Positions 19,338 through 28,731 of a stretch of 64,000 nucleotides of DNA are shown here, piece after piece. Both the position numbers and the translations under genes were made by a program. How positions within the stretch are numbered: the first letter of the stretch is position 1; every line of letters begins with the position of its first letter. A model generated the notes under the pieces. That model saw only the letters and a program-made list of their open reading frames with translations, had not been told where the DNA came from and searched no databases. This DNA comes from Candidatus Saccharicenans sp. (lineage in GTDB: Bacteria > Acidobacteriota > Aminicenantia > Aminicenantales > Saccharicenantaceae). The DNA is taken from the NCBI GenBank assembly GCA_026414545.1, contig JAOAIU010000062.1, forward strand, positions 30,255-94,254, read 5' to 3'.

Positions 19338-21974
19338 TCAGCGGATGAAGGTGTTGAATAAAAGCTTGAAGGTTCCATGGGTCTGGGCCCGGTGCTGGGC
19401 CCTCAGTCCGATTAAAATTACCTGTCCCTGTCCGTAGGCTGCTTCTACCATGGCGGCCGTCTTGCTCAAGTATTTTTCCCCGATCAACCAGCCGCTCTGG
19501 AGGATGTCCCTTTCGGCATAGCGCACAACAACCCGATATTTTTCACTGTCGTTTCCGGGCAGAATCTCGAAAGCCGGGCTGCTGAAAAATAGAACCAGGC
19601 CTTTTTCCGGAAGCCCGTAGGCCAGGGGGTTAAGGTTATCTATGGAAACCTTAAGGGTGGAACCCGGACAGAAAAATTCTTTGGAATCAACCTCGGCCAC
19701 CACGTTTCTCAGGCGAAGGCCTAATTTTTCTATGGCGAAATTGCTGGCCGCTCCAAGGCAGACCAGGACTCCACCGTGGTTGGTAAATTCCTTAAGCTTT
19801 TCCAGGCCATCCTGACCCAGACCGCTGCGGTATTCGGGCGGGAAATTTCCCCGGCGCCTTGAGGGGTCCTGTCCCTCTCCCATGATCATCGCCGTCGAAT
19901 CGGCCGGAAGAATCAGCAGGTCGATTTTCTTGGCCAACTGGCCGCCCTTGATATCGGCATCCCTGATGGTGACATAGGGAAGCTCGAATTTTTCCAGAAG
20001 CAGTCTGGTCCAGCCTTCCTCAATGTTTCCAGTATAGAAACGCTGATAGAGCCCTACCCGGAGACGGCGTACCCGGTGGGCGCCCTCAACCGGCAGCGAG
20101 GTAAGCGGCATAAAATCGACTCCGGTCCTGGCGGCGATTGACTCGAGCACCGGAAATGAGGCACCGGGAACGATGAAATCGCCGGGGTTCAGTTCTTCGG
20201 TTTTCAGGTCGGCCCTCAGCACCTGGATTTTATTGTCCAGGAGAAGGCTGGCTGCGGTGAAAGAATCGTTCAGTCGTCCGTCCAGTCGATAACCGGCTGC
20301 CCCGGCCCTGACCTGTCCTCCGGCCTTAATTGGCCCGACGATCAGCTCCAGATTGGCTTCCGGCAGGTTATCCAGGGGGTCGACCCTGACTCCCATGAAC
20401 TCGGCCATGGTGTGAGTGGCCAGGTCGTAAGGACGCTGGGGATTGCCTTCCCGGGAACGGGTCCAGTAATTGTCGGGGTAAAAAGTTCTGCCCAGCAGGT
20501 TCATTATCAGTCCTCTTTTGGGCTGGGCCAGAGAAATCAAAAAAGAACCCGCAGGGTAGATAATTCCATCAGACCGGAGTTCTGAATTCAGGCGATGGAT
20601 TTCTATGTCGCTCTGGAGCAGGGTGTTGACCAGCTTGACCGCGGTCAACCGGTCGTGCTGTTCCGCCGGGATGATAAAGGCTCTGGGTTTTTCACTGGCC
20701 CCCCTCTCAGTCTGCCTGGCCGCTTTGAGGTAAGAATTGTAGAGAATGGTTTCCCGGTGACGGGCGGCCAGGTCCAGCACGGCCCAGGCCGCGATTTTCT
20801 GCTGTTCGACTATATCCCGAAGTCGCCACCAGCCACCCTCCCAGGGATGAGGGAAGTTGCTCTGAGCTTCGTAGACTGGAAACTGCAGGGATTCACCCCG
20901 GAGCTGGTCAGGCTGGATGAACAGCGGGCTGGCGAGGCGGGCGCTGGCTGATTCGGTCAGCATGCCGACGATGTTATGAAAAGGAGTGATCCAGTGCCAG
21001 CCGAAATGACCCCAGCCGGAGAACATGGCGTCGTTGATGATCCCGGTTTTGCCAGCTTCTTCCAGTCGATAGGCAAGGTGACCGCCGAACCAGGAGAGCT
21101 CTCGCCACAGGAGCGGGTCGGCGTAGGGACGTATCGGGTCGCAGTATGGGGGAACATAGAGCCGGGGGCCGTAGCTTCCCATATGATGACGGTCAACGTA
21201 GGCCTGTGGCTTCCATTCCTGGTAGAGAATGCGGGCAGCGTAGATTGATTCCTGAAGGTTAAGAAAGTCTCCGTCGCGGTTATTATCATGACCGGCATAC
21301 TTGTGATAGAGGTAGGGCGGAGGCGTTCCCTCATACTCGGTTCCCAGGGTCTGGTTATACCAGTCGGTGACCATTATCTGCCCGTCGGGGTTAAAGCTCG
21401 GGATGAGCAGGAAGACAACGTTTTCCAGAATCCGCCGGGTTTCAGCATCATTCCTGGAAATCAGGTCGTAGGCTAACTCCGGGGCCATCTGGGTGCCCCC
21501 GATTTCATCGGCGTGAAGGCTCATCGACTGGCAGACTATGGCCTTGCCCTGGCTGATCAGCAAGGGAATTTCTTCGGCCGGAACCTGCCTGGGGTCGGAA
21601 ATCTGGTGGTTGATTCTTTTAATCCTCTCCAGGTCGGCCAGGTTTTCGGGCGCGGAGATGATGACCAGCAGGAAGGGATGCCCCATGGTGGTCGGGCCCA
21701 TGTTGATTACTTTAATTTTGGGGCTCTCTTTTTCCAGAAGGCCGAAGTATTCCACGATTTTATCCCAGCGGGCGATTTTCCGGTCGGCTCCCAGCTGAAA
21801 ACCGAAGAAAGATTCGGGAGTGGTTATTTTTTCTTCCGATGTCGCCTGAGCGGGCGAGGCAGCCGACAGAACCGGAGAAATAAGTGATAATAGCAACAAG
21901 CAAATAGTTATTACGATGCCCTGGCGATTGAATAAAGAAATTCTTAAGAAACTTGTCTGGCAGTTTATGTTCAT
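19338..21974 (-). CDS. large secreted M14-family zinc carboxypeptidase-like protein
   Basis: Start placed at ATG 21974 (GAGGAG 7 nt upstream; MNINCQ...SPVLSAASPAQA signal), because the track start at 22112 overlaps the upstream gene. M14 motifs SMSLHADEIGG (HxxE), IPSFNPDG and YAGHDNNRD. Confidence 0.8.
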   Translation of the reverse strand: MNINCQTSFLRISLFNRQGIVITICLLLLSLISPVLSAASPAQATSEEKITTPESFFGFQLGADRKIARWDKIVEYFGLLEKESPKIKVINMGPTTMGHPFLLVIISAPENLADLERIKRINHQISDPRQVPAEEIPLLISQGKAIVCQSMSLHADEIGGTQMAPELAYDLISRNDAETRRILENVVFLLIPSFNPDGQIMVTDWYNQTLGTEYEGTPPPYLYHKYAGHDNNRDGDFLNLQESIYAARILYQEWKPQAYVDRHHMGSYGPRLYVPPYCDPIRPYADPLLWRELSWFGGHLAYRLEEAGKTGIINDAMFSGWGHFGWHWITPFHNIVGMLTESASARLASPLFIQPDQLRGESLQFPVYEAQSNFPHPWEGGWWRLRDIVEQQKIAAWAVLDLAARHRETILYNSYLKAARQTERGASEKPRAFIIPAEQHDRLTAVKLVNTLLQSDIEIHRLNSELRSDGIIYPAGSFLISLAQPKRGLIMNLLGRTFYPDNYWTRSREGNPQRPYDLATHTMAEFMGVRVDPLDNLPEANLELIVGPIKAGGQVRAGAAGYRLDGRLNDSFTAASLLLDNKIQVLRADLKTEELNPGDFIVPGASFPVLESIAARTGVDFMPLTSLPVEGAHRVRRLRVGLYQRFYTGNIEEGWTRLLLEKFELPYVTIRDADIKGGQLAKKIDLLILPADSTAMIMGEGQDPSRRRGNFPPEYRSGLGQDGLEKLKEFTNHGGVLVCLGAASNFAIEKLGLRLRNVVAEVDSKEFFCPGSTLKVSIDNLNPLAYGLPEKGLVLFFSSPAFEILPGNDSEKYRVVVRYAERDILQSGWLIGEKYLSKTAAMVEAAYGQGQVILIGLRAQHRAQTHGTFKLLFNTFIR

Positions 21975-22006
21975 CCGCATTCTCCTCTGTTCTTCCATCA
22001 TTTTTT

Positions 22007-23458
22007 TCAGGCTTCTTCCACTATCTTCAAGCCCAGAAGCTGACTGACCACTTCCAGCTTTCTCTTCAGGTCGCCGTAAACCGTCACCCGGTGCCAGCCA
22101 AATCGGTCCCACTCGCCCAGCAGACGGTTGAGGTTGCCCATGGGCTCGGCCGCCAGTTTGGTGCGGCAGGCCTTATCTTCTTCCACGTTGCCGGTAGTAA
22201 CCGCCTGGTGTAGCACAATTTCTCCCGTCTCTGAATTGAGCTCAAAAGAGGTAACCAATTCACCGGTCGGGAGAATGGACTGGATGGCCGCTCCTTTCCG
22301 GTCCTCCGAATGGTTCCTGAGGCGGTAGGGATTGGCCGGGCCATCCGGGCCAAAAACCCTGGTCGGGGCCACGCAGTGGGCATAGATGATTTTATTCTGG
22401 GCAGTATCTATGACCGGGTCTGAAATATAACCCGGCCGGCCAGCCAGATACCCGGCCAGAAGCATCATGGTGGTGGAAGGGACATCTCCCTCACAGGCTC
22501 CAACCTGTCCGTCATCGTTGAGCTGGCAGAAACCGAGGCAGGGATAAGCAGGGAGCTTGCCGGTGTAAAAAAGGCTCAGGCAATCGACGGTTATGGCCTG
22601 TGCCCGGTGGGCTCGCATCAGGTCCTGCATGGCTACGTACATCAGTCCCGATTTCCTTATTTCTTCTTCTGAAGGTTCAACCACTTTCTCGGCCTTCTTT
22701 ATCCAGGTCCGGGCCCACTTTTCGGCCAGGGAGCGGTCAGCCCGGCGATAGGCCTCATTGATTTCAGCCGAGCCTATTTTTATAACCTCGGTGCCGAAGA
22801 ATTCTTTAATCTTCTGCGGGTTTCCCCAGAAACCCGGGTTGTCGGTGACGTCCAGAATCCGGCTCTGCTGCATTTTCTTAATGGCCGAAAAGCAGCCGAT
22901 GGCCTCGATTGCATCTTCAAACCTGGAAGAGGTCACCCCGGCCACCCGGTGTCCGGACCGCCTGGAGGCGGCATATTGAATCAGGAACTCGCCCGAGCCG
23001 GCATAAAGGTCATCCACCAGGATGGTGGGCCGGCCGGAGGCGGCAATCACCCCGGCCGCTCCGGTCCAGATGCCGACCAGGTAGACCACATAGCCGTCAA
23101 TAGTTCGGTCATCTTTGAGCAGGTTCTCTGCTTCTTTCTGGGACTGGACGGTCACTGGAAGGAATTCTATTTCGGGCAGGGCCTGAATCAATTTCGCGGT
23201 TAGTTCCTTCTTTCGGCCTTCATAATCGTAACCGACGTTAGGCCAGGTCGGCTTATCGGGCGGAATATGGGAGAAGACCAGTCGGATCCTTGGCCGACCT
23301 ACAGGTTCACTCCCGGCCCGGCTGACCTGGTTTAAGCTAGAAACAAGTTTTTTCTTAAAAAATAATAGCGAAGCTGAGCCAGCCAGGCAGCTTCCGATGA
23401 ATTGTCGCCTGGTAAAAGAAACGGGTTTCTGGAAGCCAGCTTGGCAAGAATCTTTCAT
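22007..23458 (-). CDS. Tat-signal-bearing protein with L-fucose/L-arabinose-isomerase-like (COG2407-like) body
   Basis: Start at ATG 23458 (AAAGGAGAG upstream). N-terminus is SFTRRQFIGSCLAGSASLLFF, a twin-arginine motif. Later GACEGDVPSTTMMLLAGYL and a C-terminal WHRVTVYGDL resemble the isomerase family. This is recalled from memory and not verified. Confidence 0.55.
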   Translation of the reverse strand: MKDSCQAGFQKPVSFTRRQFIGSCLAGSASLLFFKKKLVSSLNQVSRAGSEPVGRPRIRLVFSHIPPDKPTWPNVGYDYEGRKKELTAKLIQALPEIEFLPVTVQSQKEAENLLKDDRTIDGYVVYLVGIWTGAAGVIAASGRPTILVDDLYAGSGEFLIQYAASRRSGHRVAGVTSSRFEDAIEAIGCFSAIKKMQQSRILDVTDNPGFWGNPQKIKEFFGTEVIKIGSAEINEAYRRADRSLAEKWARTWIKKAEKVVEPSEEEIRKSGLMYVAMQDLMRAHRAQAITVDCLSLFYTGKLPAYPCLGFCQLNDDGQVGACEGDVPSTTMMLLAGYLAGRPGYISDPVIDTAQNKIIYAHCVAPTRVFGPDGPANPYRLRNHSEDRKGAAIQSILPTGELVTSFELNSETGEIVLHQAVTTGNVEEDKACRTKLAAEPMGNLNRLLGEWDRFGWHRVTVYGDLKRKLEVVSQLLGLKIVEEA

Positions 23459-23783
23459 CGTTCTCTCCTTTCTCTGTGTTCTTTTCATATCACCCCCGCC
23501 CGTCAGCGGTCAAGCCGGAATTTTTTGTGGTCCAGCGAAGCGTTATTCATGAAACAAAAATATAATGGAAACCTGGCTTCCAGAGCGATTGAAAGAATAA
23601 TCCAGGCGGAGGGGACGGGTCTTTTTGAACCGTAGTATCCTTTGTTGACCGGATTCTTTCTGAGGGCCAGCTCTCGGGCCGGACGTGTTTTCCCGTTGTT
23701 TGTCTGGACTGTCCAGGATTCTTTGTTGTTCTGCGCAAAAATAAAATAAAATAGTCCCGACTGAAGCTGAGGAGAGTAAGCAC

Positions 23784-25418
23784 ATGAAGTCGCGTGTTAT
23801 AAGAACAAAACTTATGGCCTTTGGGGCTATTTCTTTTTTTGCCCTGTCTCTATTGGCCGGCCAGGTTCAGATTTCAGGCCAGGGGCCGGTCCCGGTTTTT
23901 AATGTCAGGGATTACGGGGCAACCGGAAAAAAGGCTCAGAATGCCGGCCAGGCCATCCAGCGGGCCGTAGAGGCTTGCGCTGCGGCCGGAGGAGGGCTGG
24001 TGTATTTCCCGCCGGGAGATTACAGCAGCGGAACCATCCATCTACGCAGCCACGTCAGAATTTTCATTGAAGCGGGGGCCACGATCTATTCTATCAAGGA
24101 TAAGTCTGCCTTTGACCGGGAGGCCCTGTTCTACGGTGAAGACCTGGTCGATGTCACACTGGAAGGTCGGGGTGTGGTCGACGGCCAGGCCGGCTATGAA
24201 TGGCGAGAAAATGGTGATTTTCACGACGATTTTATCTATCCGAACCAGCTGGAGATGGAGAAAATTGGACGGCCTCTCCTCCGGTCCTTTCCCAGAAATG
24301 ACCAGTACGGAAAGCTGGTCCTGCTGCTCAGGTGTCGCGACGTTCTCATTAGAGGCTTATCTTTCATCGATTCGCCCAGCTGGACCATTCATCCCTACGG
24401 TTGTGAGCGGCTGACCATCGACGGGGTCTACATCCGCTCCAGCCTCAAGGAAGGCGTCTGGGCCGACGGCATCGACCCGGACGGCTGCCGGGATGTGCGC
24501 ATTGCCAATTGCACAATCGAGACCGGTGATGATGCTCTTGTTTTTTATTCGATGAACTGGTTCGGCCCGGCCCTACCCTGCGAAAACATCACCGTGACCA
24601 ACTGCCGGCTGTCGTCAGCCTCCAGTGCCATCAAGTTCTGTGACGGCAACATGAAGGCTATCAGGAAGGTAACCATCAGCAACTGCGTTATCACCGATTC
24701 CAACCGGGGCCTGTCCTTCATGGTCTTTGACGGCGGGGTGGTGGAGGACGTGGTCATCTCCAACCTGGTCATAGAAACCAGACGGCATGACTGGTTCTGG
24801 TGGGGGGACGGGGAGCCGATTCATTTCAACATCAAGAAGAGGAGTGAAGTGCATAGAAACTGGAAAAAGGAAGAAGACCGTCCGGCAGGCAAGATTCGCA
24901 GAGTGTTGATCAGCAATGTGCTGGCCAGGGGCCAAGGTTCCAGTCAGATTACCGGGCACCCTGAAAGCCCGCTGGAGGAGGTGACCATAGAGAACCTCAG
25001 GCTGGCCATTGCCCATAATCCAGATGCTCTTTATGACAAAGCGGTCAATGCCCTGGAAGTCAGGCAGGCTCGCAAATTTACCCTGAGAAACGTGGAAATA
25101 GTCTGGGAACAGCCTGAATATCATAAGTGGAAGAATGCGGTTCTCCTGGAAGATGCCCGCGACCTGGTAGTGGATAATCTGAGGGCCAGCCAGGCTAAGA
25201 AAGAAGATTCATCCGGAGCCGCTCTTGTTCTGAACCGGGTGCAGGGAGCTATCATCAGAAATTGCCAGGCACTCCCCGGCACCTCCATCTTTTTGAAGCT
25301 CTATGGCCGGGAGACAAAAGATATTTTACTGGGCAGCAACGAACTGGGCCTGGCCAGGAAACCAGTTGAGCTTTCTGGGGAAGTGGCGGTCAAAGTGATT
25401 AAAAGGATAGAAGATTAA
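23784..25418 (+). CDS. secreted right-handed beta-helix glycoside hydrolase (GH28 / pectate-lyase-superfamily)
   Basis: 544 aa with a signal peptide. Contains FNVRDYGATGKK..AIQRAVEACAAAGGGLVYFPPGDY, plus GIDPDGCRDVRIANC and ETGDDALVF catalytic-type motifs. Confidence 0.78.
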   Translation: MKSRVIRTKLMAFGAISFFALSLLAGQVQISGQGPVPVFNVRDYGATGKKAQNAGQAIQRAVEACAAAGGGLVYFPPGDYSSGTIHLRSHVRIFIEAGATIYSIKDKSAFDREALFYGEDLVDVTLEGRGVVDGQAGYEWRENGDFHDDFIYPNQLEMEKIGRPLLRSFPRNDQYGKLVLLLRCRDVLIRGLSFIDSPSWTIHPYGCERLTIDGVYIRSSLKEGVWADGIDPDGCRDVRIANCTIETGDDALVFYSMNWFGPALPCENITVTNCRLSSASSAIKFCDGNMKAIRKVTISNCVITDSNRGLSFMVFDGGVVEDVVISNLVIETRRHDWFWWGDGEPIHFNIKKRSEVHRNWKKEEDRPAGKIRRVLISNVLARGQGSSQITGHPESPLEEVTIENLRLAIAHNPDALYDKAVNALEVRQARKFTLRNVEIVWEQPEYHKWKNAVLLEDARDLVVDNLRASQAKKEDSSGAALVLNRVQGAIIRNCQALPGTSIFLKLYGRETKDILLGSNELGLARKPVELSGEVAVKVIKRIED

Positions 25419-25579
25419 TTCCGGGAAAGGTTTCCAATCAGCAGTCTTGGAGGAAGGCGAGGCCCGGTTCGGGCCAATGCTGCTTCTTGTCTGGTCTACG
25501 GCCCGTTCAAAGGATCTGACCTCGGTGAAAATCCCGCCCGGGATATGGTATAATGGCAGCAGATTTGAGGAGGGTTTCC

Positions 25580-26221
25580 TTGAAAAAGTCACTGGCGTTT
25601 TTTATTTTTTCTCTTATCATTTTTTTGTGCAACCAGGCCCAGGCTGGACGGATTTCATTCGGGGTCAAGGGTGGATTAAACCTGGCCAGCATATCGGTCT
25701 CACCAAAACCGATTGACGTGGCTGAATTCAAAACGCTACGAGGGATAACGGGAGGGATATTTTTTTCAGTTAACTTCGGGTCGATTGCCATCCAGCCCGA
25801 GTTCATGTATGCCCGACGCGGGACACAGTATGAAGCTTACATTGATAATGGCTTCTATAATGTTCACTGGCATCATGATTACCTGGAAGCCATTCTCCTG
25901 CTGAAATGGTCTATTTTCAGGCTTGGCCCGGCCCGGCCCTTCATTTTGGCCGGACCGTCCTATGGTTACCTGAGCCGGGCCACCACGGTCATTTATGATA
26001 TAGAAGGGGCGGAGGTAGCCCGGGCTGATTCCCGGGACTACTTCCGGAAAGGGGAGCTGGCGGCGGTTTTTGGTGGAGGCTTTGAGTTCAAGTCGGGTCT
26101 GGCCCGGTTCAGCCTGGAAGGGCGTTATCGCCTGGGTCTTTCCAGCGTGGCCCTGACCGGTTTTGAAGTGGATTACATAAAAAATAGAAGCCTGACCGTA
26201 CTGGCCGGCGTTTCATTTTAA
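25580..26221 (+). CDS. small outer-membrane beta-barrel protein (OmpW/PorT-like porin family)
   Basis: TTG 25580 preferred (GAGGAGGG 6 nt upstream), giving LKKSLAFFIFSLIIFLCNQAQA as signal. Alternating beta-strand pattern with a terminal ..LAGVSF. Confidence 0.7.
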   Translation: MKKSLAFFIFSLIIFLCNQAQAGRISFGVKGGLNLASISVSPKPIDVAEFKTLRGITGGIFFSVNFGSIAIQPEFMYARRGTQYEAYIDNGFYNVHWHHDYLEAILLLKWSIFRLGPARPFILAGPSYGYLSRATTVIYDIEGAEVARADSRDYFRKGELAAVFGGGFEFKSGLARFSLEGRYRLGLSSVALTGFEVDYIKNRSLTVLAGVSF

Positions 26222-26229
26222 GGGGAATA

Positions 26230-26306
26230 TGGGGTGAGTGAGGGGATTCGAACCCCCAACCACCGGATCCACAGTCCGGTGCTCTAACCCTTGAGCTACA
26301 CTCACC
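26230..26306 (-). tRNA. tRNA-His (anticodon GTG) with encoded G-1 and CCA
   Basis: 77 nt: G-1 opposite C73, acceptor GTGAGTG/CACTCAC, anticodon stem CCGGA/TCCGG with loop CT-GTG-GA, T-arm GGGGG-TTCGAAT-CCCCT, 3' CCA encoded. Confidence 0.93.
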
Positions 26307-26320
26307 GCGAAGGGATTAAA

Positions 26321-26349
26321 ATTTTCTCATCAAATACCCCGATTGTCAA
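26321..26349 (-). promoter_or_regulatory. sigma70-type promoter for tRNA-His
   Basis: On the minus strand: TTGACA (26349-26344) - 17 nt - GAAAAT (26326-26321). The TSS is predicted roughly 8 nt before the tRNA 5' end. Confidence 0.5.
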
Positions 26350-26356
26350 CCAGCGG

Positions 26357-26390
26357 GGAAGTAGCTTTGTGCTGCTCAAAGCTGCCTTCC
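26357..26390. other. strong imperfect hairpin between the era operon end and the tRNA-His promoter (possible terminator/insulator)
   Basis: GGAAG-t-AGCTTTG tgctgct CAAAGCT-gc-CTTCC, i.e. 5+7 bp. There is no clear U-tract on either strand, so the function is uncertain. Confidence 0.35.
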
Positions 26391-26506
26391 TGAAAGCTTC
26401 TGGGCTTATTTTTAACAGCTGGGTTCCGCTTCGGAGAAGAGAAGCAAGCACAAAAAAAAGAAAGGTAGGTCAATCTTAGCTGCCGTAAGTTATCGCTGGT
26501 CCCGCC

Positions 26507-27472
26507 TCAACCTTTCTGTTCTTCGATCAGGTCCAGAATCTCTTCCGAATCCCTCCACTTTTCTCGAACCCGGACGCTCAGCTCCAGGAAGACCTGACTT
26601 TCCAGGATTTCTTCCATTTCCTTCCGGGCTTCACTGCCGATGGCCCTGATCATGCTTCCCTTCCGGCCGATGATTATGCCTTTGTGGTTTTCCTTTTCCA
26701 CCAGGATTTCTGCCTGAATCCGGACCAGGGGGCGGGCCGGCCTGGCCGGGCGAGGACCGCTGGCCGGCTCTTCCGGCAGCTGGGTTCTTTCCAGGGCCCG
26801 GATGACCACGGCCGTGGTGTAGGGAAGTTCTTCCTCGACGCGCTGGAGTAGCTTTTCGCGGATTATTTCAGACAGCAGGAACTTTTCTGACTGGTCGGTG
26901 ACCTCGTCTTCGTCGTATATTTTATCGGCTACGGGGAGGTATTCATAGACCAGGTTTTCCAGCCGGTCGAGATTATCTCCCTTGAGGGCGGAGATGGGCA
27001 CAATTTCCTTGAACGGCAGCAGGTCCTTGTACCTGTCTATAATCAGCAAAATATTTTCTTTCTTGACCAGGTCCACCTTGTTGATCAGCAGGAAAATCGG
27101 CCGGGTGACATTCTTCAAAATATCCAGGACGTACTGATCGCCATGTCCAAACTTCTTGCTGGCGTCGATCATCAGCAGCAACAGGTCAGCTGTTTCCAGC
27201 GAGGAATGGACATAGTTCATCATCCTTCGGTTCATCAGGTGCAGGGGCTTATGGACTCCTGGATTGTCGACAAATACTATCTGGCCGCGGTCGGTAGTCT
27301 TGATGCCCAGGAGGCTGACCCGGGTGGTCTGTGGCTTGTCAGAAACGATAGCTATCTTCTGTCCAATCAGATTGTTGACCAGGGTGGATTTGCCAACGTT
27401 GGGTCGCCCGATCAGGGCCACGTATCCGGCCCGGTAGGTTTTCTTTTTTCCAGCCTGTTTTCTGCCGGGCAT
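26507..27472 (-). CDS. era: GTPase Era
   Basis: Start at ATG 27472 (GGGGAG SD, 1 nt after the upstream stop). Contains GRPNVGKSTL, DNPG, NKVD and a C-terminal KH domain. A P/R-rich insert (PEEPASGPRPARPARP) sits before the KH domain. Confidence 0.93.
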   Translation of the reverse strand: MPGRKQAGKKKTYRAGYVALIGRPNVGKSTLVNNLIGQKIAIVSDKPQTTRVSLLGIKTTDRGQIVFVDNPGVHKPLHLMNRRMMNYVHSSLETADLLLLMIDASKKFGHGDQYVLDILKNVTRPIFLLINKVDLVKKENILLIIDRYKDLLPFKEIVPISALKGDNLDRLENLVYEYLPVADKIYDEDEVTDQSEKFLLSEIIREKLLQRVEEELPYTTAVVIRALERTQLPEEPASGPRPARPARPLVRIQAEILVEKENHKGIIIGRKGSMIRAIGSEARKEMEEILESQVFLELSVRVREKWRDSEEILDLIEEQKG

Positions 27473-27473
27473 T

Positions 27474-28727
27474 TTATTCTCCCCTTTCAGTCGGATTGTC
27501 ATCCCTTTTCCGGCTCACCCTGACCTTCCTGATGCTCTTATCGTCAACTTCCAGAATTTCAAAAAGGAGATTGGCCAGCTCCAGCTTTTCGCCAGGCCGG
27601 GGCAGCCGACCCAGGTGTTGCTGGAGCAAACCGTTGATGGTCAGCAGGTTCTCTTCCGAGAGCTCGGTGCCCAGCAACTCTTCCAGGTCTTCGACCTCGG
27701 TTTCGCCCTGGACCAGGTAGATGTCAGGCTTTTCGGCCACTATCTGCGGTTCTTCGGTGTCGTATTCATCCTGGATTTCGCCGACTATTTCCTCCAGCAG
27801 GTCTTCCATGGTCACCAGCCCGGAAACGCCGCCGTACTCGTCGACCACGATAGCCAATTTCTGCTTGACCTTCTTGAATTCCTTTAAGAGTCTTTTGACG
27901 GCCATGGTCTCCGGCACAAACATCACCGGTCTCACCAGGAAGTCTATCTTCTTTCCGGCCTGCTGCTGGTCGCTGAATTCCAGCAGGTCCTTGGCCATGA
28001 CCATGCCCTGGATGTTGTCCAGACGCTCACGGTAGACCGGTATTCTTGAATACTTTTCCCGGACGATGACTTCCTTGAGCTGGCCCACGGTGGTCTCGAT
28101 ATCCACGGCTACCATCCGGCTCCGCGGAGTCATAATTTCCCGGACCATCTGGTCGCCGAACTCGACCACTCCCCTCAGCAATTCGTTCTGGTCCTTCTCG
28201 ATGATGCCCTCTTCGGTAGCCTCGTCGATGAAAGTTTCTATTTCCTCTTCGGTGGTTTCGTGGTCGCGCCAGGCGGCCTGGCGTTCATCCTCTCTTTTGA
28301 GTAAGAGCCTGGGCAGAAGCAGCAGGGGAGAAAGAATCAACTTGACCGGAATCAGGACGGGCAGAAAGAATTTCAGATGTCTTTCCCCCAGGGCCAGCAG
28401 GAGCAACCTGGGAAAATAATCGAAAAACAGCAAATACAGAGTCAGGAACAGCAGAAAACCCCAGAAAGGCCAGCCGGCCAGGCCGGGAAAGGCCAGGCAG
28501 GTATAAATCACAAAAGCCAGCAGGAAGGCAATCCGACCGTAGTCGATGGCAATCCTCAGCTCGTCATAGCGTTCGAGGATTTCCTCTTTCAGAGGACTGT
28601 TTTCTTCCAGTATACGGGAAAAGCCTATTCTGGAATAAGATGAGAAGACCACATGCAGGAAAGACAGGATGAAGGTCAGCAGGAAGCTCAGTATCAGTCC
28701 GACCAGATAAAAATTCGACTGGCTCAT
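27474..28727 (-). CDS. hemolysin-family / CorC-TlyC transporter-associated protein (DUF21-CBS pair-CorC_HlyC)
   Basis: 417 aa. N-terminal 4-TM DUF21 domain, a CBS pair (VREIMTPRSRMV...) and a C-terminal CorC_HlyC-like domain. Confidence 0.88.
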   Translation of the reverse strand: MSQSNFYLVGLILSFLLTFILSFLHVVFSSYSRIGFSRILEENSPLKEEILERYDELRIAIDYGRIAFLLAFVIYTCLAFPGLAGWPFWGFLLFLTLYLLFFDYFPRLLLLALGERHLKFFLPVLIPVKLILSPLLLLPRLLLKREDERQAAWRDHETTEEEIETFIDEATEEGIIEKDQNELLRGVVEFGDQMVREIMTPRSRMVAVDIETTVGQLKEVIVREKYSRIPVYRERLDNIQGMVMAKDLLEFSDQQQAGKKIDFLVRPVMFVPETMAVKRLLKEFKKVKQKLAIVVDEYGGVSGLVTMEDLLEEIVGEIQDEYDTEEPQIVAEKPDIYLVQGETEVEDLEELLGTELSEENLLTINGLLQQHLGRLPRPGEKLELANLLFEILEVDDKSIRKVRVSRKRDDNPTERGE

Positions 28728-28731
28728 GTCC

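Noticed and set aside
26291-26479. 62-aa ORF next to the OM beta-barrel gene.
   Set aside because: It starts inside the tRNA-His gene on the opposite strand and runs through that tRNA's promoter and a hairpin. It has no SD and an implausible composition.
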